Source of the DNA: Patellaria atrata CBS 101060
Lineage: Eukaryota
NCBI GenBank assembly: GCA_010093705.1
Contig: MU006090.1
Span: 2,224,022 to 2,288,021 of the forward strand
Length of the DNA stretch: 64,000 nucleotides
Direction: 5' to 3'
Each line of letters opens with the position of its first letter. Position 1 is the first letter of the stretch. The translations under genes were made by a program, and so were the position numbers. Shown here piece by piece: positions 11,807-24,392 of the stretch. Below the pieces are notes generated by a model that saw only the letters and a list, made by a program, of their open reading frames with translations, made no database searches and was not told where the DNA came from.

Positions 11807-14606
11807 ATGGGGAAGAAGCGAAAAGCTTCTGCAAGGCCTGATGGCGATGAGTCAAGAGCTCCGGAAGCGGCTGGGAAACCCATCCGCGGAGCCTCCAGCA
11901 AGCAGAAGACGGTTAAAGAAGAGAAGTCCTGTTTGGTAAGATATTGTTTAGGAGGGATTCATTTCACCGGGAGCAAAGCTTATTCTCTACAGATATTTGA
12001 ACCGCGACCAGATTGGCATGCTGCCGAGCTGCCAAAACTACCCATAGCTGAAGATGCATCACCACTCCCGCGAGACATCTGTAACGAGCTTCAACACTAT
12101 GCCGATGAGATTCTTGAAGCGGACAGTGCTACTTACAAAGCGACCCGTATAGATACTTCATCGTCGAAGAAGTTTATGTCTACTATCATGGAATCTGGGA
12201 CACTGGAGGACAAAGTATCTGCGCAGACATTGCTTATCCAAGAATCACCGGTCCATACCAGGAAGGTTTTTGAAAATTTATTGACATTATCGAAGAAGAA
12301 AAATAGAAACCAAGCACTATTGGCCCTGAGCGCTCTGAAAGACTTGCTAGGTAGAGGTGTAATCTTGCCCCCGGAGCGTAAACTGCGAGCATTTGCGAGA
12401 CAGCCTGAACTCATTAGCGCGTTTAAAGGAAGGCCGCAGAAGTGGGTGCGGGGAGATAGGTTACCTGGAAAGGTCGAGAAAGCCCATCTTATATCTTGGG
12501 CTTACGAGGATTGGCTCAAAAAGACATACTTCGACGTTCTGGAGATTCTGGAACAATGGTGTAATGATGAAATTACTTATTCTCGGAGCCGCGCCGTCAC
12601 ATTCGTCTGGGAGCTCCTCAAGGAGAAACCTGAGCAAGAAGAAAACCTGTTAAGGCTATTGATCTACAAGCTGGGTGATCTAGACAAAAAGATAGCTTCA
12701 AGGGCTTCACATTTGATCCTGCAGCTTGAGACACTACATCCTCTAATGAAATCTGTCATTATAAATGCTATCCAATCGGAATTGTTGTTCAAGCCCGGAC
12801 AGAGCTCTCACGCAAAGTACTATGCCATTATCACTTTAAACCAGACTATACTGAACATCAAGGAACATGAAGTTGCGAACAAATTGCTCGAGACATATTT
12901 TAGTCTCTTCATTGAGCTACTTGAGAAGACCAATTCCAACAATTCTAAAAATGATTCAAAACCTGCTGGTAAAAACGGTGTCACTCAGGGCGGCGGAGGT
13001 AAACCAGGGAAGAAAGCAAAACAAAAATTGAAGGAGAAGGAGAAACAAAATGAAGCCGAGATTCAACTCGGTGATAAAATGATTGCACAAGTCCTGACAG
13101 GGGTCAACCGTGCCTTTCCATTTGCCAATACTGACGATGCTACGTTTGAGAGTCAACTGGACACCATTTTTCGAGTCACACATTCTTCCAACTTCAACAC
13201 AAGTATTCAGGCACTTATGCTTATTCAACAGATCACCCAATCGAAGGCTTATGCCGCAGATCGATTCTACAGGACGTTATACGAAAGTCTTCTGGATTCA
13301 AGGTTGCTGACGTCCTCAAAGCAGGTCATGTACCTTAACTTGTTATATCGATCTCTCAAAGCAGATGTCAGTATCAAACGTGTCAAAGCTTTCGTTAAGC
13401 GATTGCTTCAAGTTGTCTCGCTGCACGAGCCACCATTTGTATGTGGCGTGCTCTTCTTAATCCAAGAGCTTGAGACGACATTCCCAAGCATCAGAGCTAC
13501 GATTGAGCAAGCAGAACATGATGGCGAAGATGAGGAGGAGCACTTTTATGACGCCCCAGAGGAGGGGGCAGACGTTTCCACCGCCCAAAGAAAGTTGCAA
13601 GAGAAGAGCAAGGGTAGTAACTCTTATGATAGCCGAAAGAGAGATCCAGAACACAGCAACGCCGAGAAAAGCTGTTTATGGGAGATTGTAAGTTATCCCA
13701 CTAGCCAACGGTTTTCGAAGCTAACATTGTTAGAATCCTTTCATGTCTCATTTCCACCCTACAGTGTCGCTCTATGCTTCCCGTATCATTACGAACACAC
13801 CCATGACTTCTAAACCTGACCCTACACTACATACCCTGATACATTTCCTTGATCGGTTTGTCTACCGTAACGCGAAATCTAAAGCTGGTTCCACTCGCGG
13901 AACCTCGATAATGCAACCACTCGCTGGTACTAGTGCGAGTGACCTTCTTATTAAAGAACGGTATCACGGAAAATTGGAGGTACCACTGAATACGGAGGCT
14001 TTCTGGAAGAAGAAAATTGAAGACGTTTCAGTGGATGAAGTTTTTTTCCATGCTTATTTCAATCAAGCCGGTAAGGCTCGAATCGGAAAAAAGAAGAAAG
14101 ATACGCAAAAGGATGGCGATGAGAGTGGTGATGAGGAGGATGAGGAGGAAGAAATATGGAAGGCGTTGGTTGATTCGAAGCCAGAAATTGAAGGAGACGA
14201 AGACGAAGACATGGACGATGGGTTCGAAGATCTCATGTCTGACGACGAAGGAGGCATCAACTTGGAAGATGGCAGGTCAGATGACGAGAATAGCTTACTT
14301 CTGGACGATAGCGACGAGATTAGCCATGTGGATGGTCAAGAAAGAAGCGAGGACGATTTTGACGCTGTTGTATTGGATAGCGATGAGGATGCTTTCATTC
14401 AGAGCGATGATGACATACCCTCTGATATGGATATTATTCCAAACGAAGACCAGGACAGTGCGGCCGTCCTAGAGGGTATCCAAAAGAGCAAGAAGGGTGA
14501 AGATACTAAGGGGAAGAGCAAGAAGAGGAGAAAGTTGAAGCATCTACCAACCTTTGCTTCTGCAGAAGACTACGCTAAACTGATCGGTGATGACGATGAT
14601 GTATAG
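11807..14606 (+). CDS. MAK21: Ribosome biogenesis protein Mak21/Noc1 (CBF/CEBPZ family)
   Basis: SGTLEDKVSA, LTGVNRAFPF, DRFYRTLYESL, YDSRKRDP, HFHPTV and HFLDRFVYRN motifs; acidic tail ending LPTFASAEDYAKLI. Introns 11936-11992 and 13688-13733. Confidence 0.93.
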
Positions 14607-15362
14607 AGCGCGTTCCAGAATTATTGGACGAATTATACCGCATCAAAGATATGCTGGTCCCAAACTGATATGGTGAGAGTGCTTATCAACTTCGTAGTGG
14701 CACCGGTATGTACTCCACGATATGACTCAGTCTGCTGTCTGCTGGCAGAACCCATCTGACTGCTCGGCTGCAAGGGCCGGCGCCTATGAAGAGAATACGT
14801 TTATATATATAAGAGGCATACGATGCACTTTTAGTATGCTTGGAGTGCCATGTGACAATCGCCAAGCTACCGCCCATCTCGAGAGCTCGAGAAATGTACA
14901 GAACAAGGGCACAACTATATGCCATTGGCATTGAAATAGAGGCATTGCTAGACTATAATAATACAAATAGATTTGTGTCTCTTTTGATAAGGCCGCCAAA
15001 ATGTCACTGAACTAATTTTCAGGTTTTGATAGAAGCGTTGCTGGTCGTTGTTGTATATTAGGAGTTGCTTTCAGTTTATTTTTGAGGAAGCTACGAAGGA
15101 AAGGGAGAGGGAAGGAGCGGTCGGGAGGAGGAGGAGATGGAGAAGTAGGAATCTCTTACCACCTACCTGACTAAGATCCGATTATTAAGGTGTAAGGTAT
15201 TTCTATTATTTGTGCCGAGGTTCTCGGTGTTTTGCCGGCTCCGAGTTTCGTCCCCAACAAAAAGTCCAACGTCAGTTTGGTCAATATACAAGCTAATAAG
15301 TAAGAATACAATATTCACCAAATTCACCTCCTCCCATTATTCGCTTGATGATCTGATCGTGT

Positions 15363-16726
15363 ATGCAACGGATCTCACAGATGCTCACCGATACCCTCAG
15401 ATGCTCAACCCGTTCGCTATCTTTGCCATGTCTAGCCATACCGCGGCAGCTAAATGCTCCGGTTATGCGGACGGGACGCTTCATTATATATCAACCTAGC
15501 TTGCTGCCCGAGATATACATCCGGAATAGTTTAGGAATCAGACAGAAAAGAGGTTTGAAACAATTGAACGATATCAAGATTGGTGTGTGCAATCTTTTAT
15601 ATACTATGTGATGATAGGTCATATTGTCCATAGCTTTCACTCAGTAACTATCTCCCGTCCACACTCCCCTGTGCTTTCTCGGTCAGCTTTCCACCGTCCC
15701 CAATTGAATAGAAACACATACTTATGCTCATGTAGAATACGACCCGTCCTCACTGCGAGACCCAAACCATCAAGCGCAAAACCCAGAAATCCCCTCCCCT
15801 AAGCGCCCTCTACCTCTCCGTATCATAGCTACCCTCTCTCTCTTTGTTGTCTTCACATCCGCCGGCTTCGCCATGGCCGCTCAACCTTCCATCTCCACCC
15901 TTAACCGCTGGGCGAACCCCCCTTCCGATCTCGAAACCCTAGAACAATGGCAACCAAATCCCGGCACCGTCGCCGCAACCGCAGATCAACTGGTCTGGCA
16001 CCACCCTTTTACCCAATACCTCCTCCGAGACCCCATATATAACGCCAGCCGTCCGCACCTGAAGATCCCTGCAGAAATGCGCGCCCAGAACCTCACGGGC
16101 GGCACACTTGTAGGCGAAGACATGATTCCGAGCCCACCCCTTACATTTGTGACTGACGACGGCTCGGAACTCGTTAGCTTCACATACGTCGGCCCTTCGT
16201 TGTGCGGACACCCCGGTATCGTGCACGGTGGGTTATTAGCAACATTGCTAGACGAGGGGCTCGCGAGATGTTGTTTTCCAGCACTCCCGAATAAGGTCGG
16301 AGTCACGGCGAGCTTAAAGATCGACTATAGGGCACCAACTAAGGCGGGCCAGGTTGTCGTGCTGAGGGCATGGACGACGAAGGTTGAGGGAAGGAAGGCC
16401 TGGGTTAAGGGGAGATTGGAGACGTTGAGCGACCCGGATAAGTGGACGGAAGCGTGGGAGAGCGGTGAGTTTGCGCAGAGAGGAGGGGTAGGAAAGGATG
16501 GCGGGGCAGTTGTGCTGGTGGAGGCGGAGGCTCTCTTTGTTGAGCCCAAAGGAGCGGCGGTAAGTCCGAGTTCTGGTCTACGTCAGGTCGGGGTGTTGTG
16601 CTAACTACTTTCTTTCAGAATATGCCGAAATTATATGCCCCTACTGGCGATGGATCAAGGGTAAAGGTGACCGCTGACGGCCATGTCCACGGTACCGTTG
16701 ATAGCACTGGCAGCGGAAGCAAATAA
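15363..16726 (+). CDS. PaaI/hot-dog fold thioesterase, probably mitochondrial (5' exon structure uncertain)
   Basis: LCGHPGIVHGGLLATLLDEGLARC and GVTASLKIDYRAP motifs. The frame stays open upstream of ATG 15873 to an acceptor near 15734 and includes a hydrophobic segment. A candidate Arg/Ser-rich first exon starts at 15363. Intron 16560-16618, stop at 16724-16726. Confidence 0.8.
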
Positions 16727-17265
16727 GCTGCTTCGATATCCATTATGGCAGAGGATTCGTGCTCCGCACATTGGGGTGTGCATAATATTAGAGGTAGACA
16801 TAGAGGAGTTACGATTGTCGTCTCCCGTATTAAGTCATAGTAATTCTATAGGCATGTTAAGAGATTGTTGTCTTAATTGTCTTGTGGCCTCACTCGCGAT
16901 TTTCCCGAACTGAGTAACAATATGTCTCTCCCATTGACCTACTTTTATCAAAGAATTCTACTTTATTCCTAATTCTACTACCACATTTCGACCTAGGCGA
17001 CTTAGCTGTCTGGTAACTCAGCGTAGGCTTTCAGTCTCACGTACCAATTAAAGAATGGAAGGGTATTCTGTTAAATACTGAAACGTAACGACAAACTCAT
17101 GTCCATTTTTTTAACACATTGAGTCTAACAATCTGATCCCATTTGGCTACTCATCTTTGTGCCTGCATTCCCTACAATGAGACCCTAATCTGTACGAACG
17201 CTCAAGTCTCACGCATCTCCTATCTCTCCAGTCCCCATTCTCACATAACCTCCCAAAGGGAAGTT

Positions 17266-18561
17266 CTACTCCATCCCCTCCATCAAACTAACTTTATCCA
17301 ACACCATGCCCCGCAGTCCAATCCACTCCCTCAATTCCTCCCACTCCTCCCCTTCCTCCTCACCCCACCGTCCCTTCTGTCTGAATCCCCACGCGCACGC
17401 AATCCGATCGAGCGCCTCACGCTCCTCCTCCCGCATCCACCTTTCTCTCAACGGCATCCCGAGCGCCCACGTGACCCGCTTCATCTGGTCGTTCGCCGTC
17501 GCAACCGCCACGACGCCCACGCCCGCAGTAGCGATTACGTAAGCGAGCGTGGCCGAGGTAACGATGCCGGTGAAGAGAGAGGGAGACATTGTGGTCTGCT
17601 GAACCGCGAATTGAGAGGCTGCGAGGTAGATCACAGGCGGTGTGAGGAGGAAGAGGGCGAAGGGGGGAAAGAGACGCTTTATTATTTTCGAGCGCCGGAA
17701 GGATGGATGTGCGAAGGTCAGGGTGATTATGGAGAGTGCGGTGGGGAGGGATTTAGTCGCGATGGCGAGATCAAGAGCTGCGTTTGCTATTGGGGGTGGA
17801 ACGGCGCTCGCAGCGGCATTGGGGGAAGGTGTAGTGTATTTGATTTCGGGAGCAGAGTCTTTAGTGGGTTTTTTCGAGGGGCGAGGGGCGGGTTTGGTGT
17901 GATATAGGTCGAGGATCTCTGGGAGGGTGGAGGGGCGCCTGAGGAGTGATTGGATGGTTAGGTATTCATATAGTATTTTTGGTGTAATGAACACGGACGG
18001 ATGGACAACGATTCTGTAGGCTATGGTCTCGAGGAAATCGAAACTTTTACTTTCGGAAGCGGTTAGGGGTTTGTCAAGGGAAAGAAGAGCTGATGTTGGA
18101 GTTGATGTCTTGTCTTCGCTCGAGGATATTTCGCCTTTTGTGTCCTGTCTTCCTGTTTGGCCAGTCAGTCGGCGCGCTGCCTCCTCGCATAAGAGAAGAG
18201 CTGTAAGAGTATCTTCCTCCGTAGGTATTTTCTCTGAACCGAGAAACTTCTTCACATGATCTTCAACTTTTGATATTATAGAGGCGGCTTCAAAAGCAGA
18301 AGGCTTGGACGCCGGTATAGAGCTAAGTGCGCTTGGTGACGGCGTTGTAGCAGGTAAATCAGGTTTCCTAGTTGATCGAGATAATTTATGAATTATAGGC
18401 GTCCGCTTGTTTGAAGCTGCCGATGCTGTAACTGGCACGCGCAATATCGATGTCGAACAGAGGAAGCGTCTCTGGAGAGTTTTTCGAGAAGCAAGAAACT
18501 GGTCGCATATCTGACATATCGCTTTTTGCTTCGGTCGAAGGACAATTCCTTGATTTCCCAT
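17266..18561 (-). CDS. Uncharacterised fungal membrane protein, possibly mitochondrial
   Basis: Long single ORF from ATG 18561 (MGNQG). Basic N-terminus, two hydrophobic segments, and a Trp/Glu-rich C-terminus NDQMKRVTWALGMPLRERW..ACAWGF. Confidence 0.72.
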   Translation of the reverse strand: MGNQGIVLRPKQKAICQICDQFLASRKTLQRRFLCSTSILRVPVTASAASNKRTPIIHKLSRSTRKPDLPATTPSPSALSSIPASKPSAFEAASIISKVEDHVKKFLGSEKIPTEEDTLTALLLCEEAARRLTGQTGRQDTKGEISSSEDKTSTPTSALLSLDKPLTASESKSFDFLETIAYRIVVHPSVFITPKILYEYLTIQSLLRRPSTLPEILDLYHTKPAPRPSKKPTKDSAPEIKYTTPSPNAAASAVPPPIANAALDLAIATKSLPTALSIITLTFAHPSFRRSKIIKRLFPPFALFLLTPPVIYLAASQFAVQQTTMSPSLFTGIVTSATLAYVIATAGVGVVAVATANDQMKRVTWALGMPLRERWMREEEREALDRIACAWGFRQKGRWGEEEGEEWEELREWIGLRGMVLDKVSLMEGME

Positions 18562-18910
18562 CTTCTCGTAGCCGTTAGCTAGGATAATTGATGCTGAGCG
18601 TTGTCTCCTGGTTCCTAAGAAAGAGGTTGTTGTATAGCATGTAGGTATTGTATACTGTACAGTAAGGTAAGGTAGTGGCGTACTGTATTTGAGCTGTCGT
18701 GGCTGAGGCCAACTGACGACAACCCGACCTGACCCAAGCTCAGAAACCTTACAGTACAGTACAGTACAATTACAAAACATATCAACAAGAACAGGCAACT
18801 CTTTCACCACAACCATTTTACTTTTAACACTCCAACGCCCAACCCCAACTCGAGGGAACCAAATTGCCTTCAAGACCTACTCTTCCTCTGAAGGGAGCAT
18901 CGTAACCATT

Positions 18911-20454
18911 ATGCCTCCTCCTCCTCCTCCTCCACCACCTCCACCTCCTCCGCCACCGATGCCTGGCTTTGGGGCAGGTCCACCTCCTCCACCGCCGATG
19001 CCTGGTTTTGGGGGGGGACCACCTCCGCCTCCGCCTCCAGGAGGTTTACCAGCAAAACCACCAGCAGCTGCTGTCAAAGGAAGAGTGCGTTCATATCAAA
19101 TCAGATGGAGAGTGATCGGAAATGTGAAGCTAATTTATCTCAGGGCGCACTTTTAGGAGATATTCAAAAAGGGGCTAGGTTAAAGAGCGTACAAACAAAC
19201 GATCGGTCAGCACCACAAGTCGGAAAAGCACTGGATGGTCCCTCAAAACCCGCAGTTGGAGGCGCACCGCCAGTGCCTGGGATGGCGCCGAAACCGCCAG
19301 GGGGATTAGTACCGCCTGTACCGGGAGGAGGAACTAATAGAGGGAGGAGCAATAGCGATTCTGGAGATGCTTCAAGAGATAGTATGGCCGGTGCGCCGCA
19401 ACTGGGAGGACTGTTTGCCGGAGGAATGCCTAAGTTGCGGAAATCGGGTGGAGTGAACACAGGAGCAGACTCACATTCGCCATACCTTTCGGATCCAGAA
19501 ACGTCTCAGTCGTTCACGCCGAAACCGCCGACTGGGAGCGCGCCGAGACCACCGATGGCGCCCAAAGTACCAACATCTACTCCCCCAAGGCCTCCGCCGA
19601 CCGTCCCTGGAGGTGCGTCGCATCCGATAATATCAAACCTAAAGAACAACCTTCGACCGTCATCAATCGCTTCGACAGCATCCGCACCCGATATCCCCAC
19701 CACGAAACCGAAACCGCCACCACCAATAGGCAAAAAACCGCCCATACCTCCCCCAGCATCTCGAAAGCCATCTGGTCTCGCACCCCCACCGCCTCTACCA
19801 GCATCAGCCTCACCACCTGTCCCTCCACCACCACCGCCATCTTCCGCGCCTGCTCCCCCACCAATTCCACCCTCATCAGCTCCACGACCGCCCCCATCAC
19901 GCTCAACAGCCCCTCCTCCGCCGGTATCAGTAGCCCTAAACGGCCACCCCCCATCCCTCGCCGAACAAGCCGCCCGCAACGCCTTCGGCCGCTCATCCCC
20001 TAGCATTGCACCGCCCCCGCCGCCGGTCTCTCCTCCACGATCCCCGGCTCCAGTGCCTCCAGCACCCCCGTCCTCAGCACCAAGACCACCCCCCGCAACT
20101 GTCGTATCCGCACCCCCTCCCCCGCCATCCACGGCACCAAGGCCGCCACCGCAATTAGCCCCCAGCCCGCCGCAGTCGAGACAGCAGAGCCAGGCGCCGG
20201 TGAGGTCCATGTTAGATCCGAGCGCTTATACGCTTACGAATGGTGGGGCGTCCGCGGGGAGGGGTCAGGGGATGATGAGTGGGGCAGGAGGAGTAGGAGC
20301 AGGGAAGGCAGGACTATTGGTGATCCATGATTTGAGGTGGCGGTTTCAGGATGAGAGCCAGTTGCCCAAACCGAGGGAGTTCATGGGAGGGCAGAAGAGG
20401 TATAGGGCGGGGAGGGGTAGTAGTGTTCCTTTGGACTTGAGTTTGTTTGAGTAA
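18911..20454 (+). CDS. VRP1: Verprolin / WIP actin-assembly protein
   Basis: N-terminal polyproline. WH2 motif GRGALLGDIQKGARLKSVQTNDRS is formed across intron 19085-19143, followed by LGGLFAGGMPKLRK. C-terminal RWRFQDESQLPKPREF..YRAGRGSSVPL. Confidence 0.92.
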
Positions 20455-21595
20455 AGAGGGGAGTTGGACGGGTTCATGTGGAAGGGGAGAAGGATGAGTT
20501 CGTGATAGATAATAGTTGATGGTGGATGAGGAGTCAAACGAGTTCCTTTGTGTTTCGGTGTTTGGCAAAAGGTAACGGATATGCTGTAAAAGACCATGGA
20601 TAGAGACTACTTGATGCTTCATTGCTACGTTCTACTACCTTCCTTCTGTTAACGCAGGTGCGTTGACCCAGGGCCTGCCATCTTCATCAAACCTATAATG
20701 AAGCCGTGGTGCCACGAACCTTCAATAGACTGATTGAAAAGCTCTCTTTCGTTTGGTAGTTACAAAACCATATTAACTTGTTCCGTTGTGCGTGTCTCGG
20801 TTGTGCCTATTAATACGCTGCTGTGAGGGTATGTTGGCACATGGTTGGCAATAATCATTACAGCTTACAAACACTGGGCCTTACGATCTGTCATATTAGT
20901 CCAAGCGACAGTATTTCAGCCCTGGTGACAATGATACAGGTGCCCATAAGGTATCAGGGCCAAATGACAGCCATCTCATGAAGACAGCAGCGAGTCTCAA
21001 CTACAAAAGGGATCATAATAATAGTCAACATAGTACCCCAGTAGTACGGATTATGATAACTAGAAGGGTGGAACCAAGAGGCAAGGGTTTGAGAATAAAG
21101 TTGAGAGATTTTATCGTGAGATAGCTAGACTTATCTTAAATCAAAACCCGCGCCAAATAATCCACGTTGTAGAAAGTAAAACTCAGAAGCTCGCCCATTT
21201 CCTATAGCATCCAAGACCTGTCTAAACTCCTTTCGCACCGTCGCTATGCAAAGTATTAACTTCACCAAGCCCCATCGAACCGAAGATCCAAGAAGAACCC
21301 AGATAAGTATGTATGTTGAAGTGAGATGTGCCCATAAGCGAAATATGACCAAGCAAAGAAGCAAAGAATATGTCGTAAAATTCAGGTCACGGAAAAACCA
21401 GGCTGATATGGATCGATAATATTAATATTGGTGTAGTAGTGTCGAGACCGGTTCGTACATAGCGAAGATGTTCGGAAGCGTCATGGAAGAAATGTTCGAG
21501 ACGAGATTTTAGAAAGATAGTGAAGATTGTCACCGGCCATGATAATCTACGATGATTCGGATAAGGTCATCCTAGGAGTCCTCGGTCGCGAGACC

Positions 21596-23297
21596 CTAAG
21601 GACCCACGATACCATCCTCCGGTTCAACGGGATCAAGTTCATCCTCGACCTCTGGGCTCCCGTCCACGTTCCAGAGTATGAACGGTCCAGAGTACATCTG
21701 ATGGGGAAAGTAAGTAAATGCCCAGATTGCTTGACTAAAGGATAACTAACCTCTGTGGTATTGATAGCACCCTCTTCAGGGCTCCACCAACGTCCGAGCA
21801 TTATCTGGCCACCAGGCAGGACGACACCTTCGTAAGCCCAGAGAGCATTTTCATCCGGTTGACCATTTTCATCGTAGAAGAACTTCATCATCGTCATTCG
21901 CTGCCAACCAGCAATGCCGTATTGGTTTGGAAGGGGGTTAAGCCAGCCGGAGGAATAGAATGGCTCGCTATCGTAACCATCACCATTAAACTGGAACGAG
22001 ACAGCAGGTCCAGCAGAAGCACCTCCGGAGCGATGTTGAGCCCGGGTGCGCGGCAAGGAACGCTCAGGAAGGGCGTGAAGGTGCTTTTCGAAGGTATATG
22101 GCCATGTAACCTTTTCTTTCGGAGGGATCTCGAGGCGAAGAGTCTAGGACGTGGTTAGCGGAGAGAACATCACCACCTGTGGACATGATAACCCGGTGAC
22201 GTACCTGAATGGATCGTTCTCCTTGGTCGACATTGTGGTCAGGATATACATATGGGTTAGCTGGATGGTTCCTCAGGTTCTCCACCTCGTCGCGGTCAAG
22301 ATAAGCTAAACGGAGATCTTAATTTTGTTTCAACAGAATGTATGTATTAACTTTAAACGTACCATAAGTGCCCTTCCAGTACTTGCCAAGTTGTTGAGCG
22401 TTAACACGTTTTGCAGGATTCATCGTCCAACCTTTGGCCTTTTCCAACTCATGAAGAGAGTCGTGGTAAGGGTAGTACAGGGTAGCCTCCGTCTCCCGCA
22501 TGATATGCCATCGAAAGAAATTCATCATGTGGAGGACCCAAGACATATTGATATGGGTTTTGTTGACATCGGTAAAGATAGGGGCGCGTTTGGCACATTC
22601 GTATGCCATCTTCTGGGAATCATCAAAGCTGAAGACGGTAGGGTTTAGGGCGAGGTCGAGTGTGAAATGGCTGAGCGCAACTTGAACCGCGGCAAGTCCA
22701 GGGTGAATGTTGTGGATGGGGTGAACGGAGTTATTTTGCTTGATTGGTCGCAAGATGTTCTGAATGATATCCGTGTTGTAAACAAACCTGTGAAGACATT
22801 CAAGGTTAAGGCAGGTTAAGGTTCCGTCGGGGAGGATGAGCTCGTCCTTGCCGTTGAAAGACTCTGTTTTCAGTGTTAATGAAAAGCAGATGGAAGACAA
22901 TCGGAAAAGAGGAGGGTAAAGGTACTCACCATTGATCAGATCCTTTACAACCTGAAGACACTGCTTTTCTTCCTTCTTGTGCCCGTAATAGAACTTAGAG
23001 CCTCGTTTCAACCACATCCGACGAGTCTGGTACAAGCGCATATACTCGGCGTTGGTAGTCTCGCGACCTGTAGGATCGAAAAACTGAAGGAAGCGGTGGC
23101 GCCAGAAGGATAAGTGATCGCCGTCGATAGCATTGCAAGCATTTTGACAGACAAGGCGGAAGTTGCAGAGGTCTTTATCGCTTTCCAGATAACCAGCAAT
23201 CTCCTTGTTGAGCTACCAATATGCTGCGTTAGTAGACAGCACCATAATGGGGAAATACAAGGACACCAACCTCTATGGGCAAGATATTGAAAGCCAT
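21596..23297 (-). CDS. F-box domain protein
   Basis: Spliced N-terminus MAFNILPIE|LNKEIAGYLESDKDLCNFRLVC is F-box-like. Further GT-AG introns (about 22864-22929, 22309-22359, 22162-22203, 21698-21750) join the frames. Ends MYSGPFILWNVD..IVGP with TAG at 21596-21598. Confidence 0.78.
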
Positions 23298-24392
23298 TGC
23301 TGGGAAGCTGGAAGGGTAATGAAGCCGAGTCCAGGGGAGGTATGGAGAAGTCAGTTTCACCCAAGGGCCAGTTGAAAGACTGCACCAACACCGAACGATG
23401 GCTGTGGGATGTGGTCAAGAGAGAAGGGAGCGGCCTATATAGACTTCTTATAAGCCTGATGACCAGGGTCACTTTCACCAGAGAGATATGGGGTAGGGTG
23501 CAAACGGACGAGGTCACGGTTTGATAATGTGAATCCGGTCGGCTGCCAGAGACTTCGGATGGTCGCGTGAGGTCTCTCTCTCCAATGGTTGGTAAGGTAA
23601 ATACGAGAACTAAAGCTTCACTTGAAGCAATTGTCCCTTGACCGAGACAAAGCACGTAAATTAGAGGAAATGGAATGGACTAAGGGAGAGAGAGGTAGAG
23701 CGGGATAGGGTGATATGGGATGGCGTGGGTGCGAAGTTGTTAGAAGGAAGGAGAGTTCTTTGAATGATTTGGAAGTAGACAGCAAACTCTTAAGAGCAAC
23801 GAGAAAACAATTGAAAGTCGGCCTCAAGGTAATGGAAGTGATAATACTCTCTCCTCCTTTCAATTCTTAATGTTGTCGCCGTTACTGCCTGCTGGTAGGA
23901 CGTCGGCTCTAATTCTTCTCCGCTCTTGTGACCTGGAGCTTGACAATAAGGAAGCAACGACAATTGTAAACGGGATACCGATACCGGAACCGATATAGAG
24001 GCAGATATCGCTGCCTAGGTACGTCCTCTCTACATTTAATTTGACATTTCGGGATGCCGATGTAGTTAGTTACGTCCTCCCGAGCTCACCGTTGCATCGA
24101 TACTACCGACATCGCCTCCGGTCTGGTCTTTGGCAACTCTCTTATTTTAAATCTACTCGCCTCTGCTGTTCACACTTACTGCACTTTTACAGACCTGCAA
24201 TTTTTAATGAGTCGTCTTGATCTATTAGCCATGGCTGAGTGACTGATGGGGTGTTGACAACACACGCTACAAACGCTTAGTAAGGTAGGCATACGCATCT
24301 AATCTGCTGGACAGGTCATCCACCTAGTGGAACGTAATAAGAATCTGGCATATCATATGGACAAAAAGGTCGTTACTTTTACAAACGTCTTT

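Noticed and set aside
14686..15150. Possible small minus-strand gene behind a pyrimidine-rich leader
   Set aside because: ORFs are short with non-protein-like composition. More likely UTR or divergent non-coding transcription.
17143..17907. 254-aa plus-strand ORF
   Set aside because: Antisense shadow of the 17266-18561 gene. The same applies to 19506-20210, 27894-28769 and the ORFs overlapping 45871-47568.
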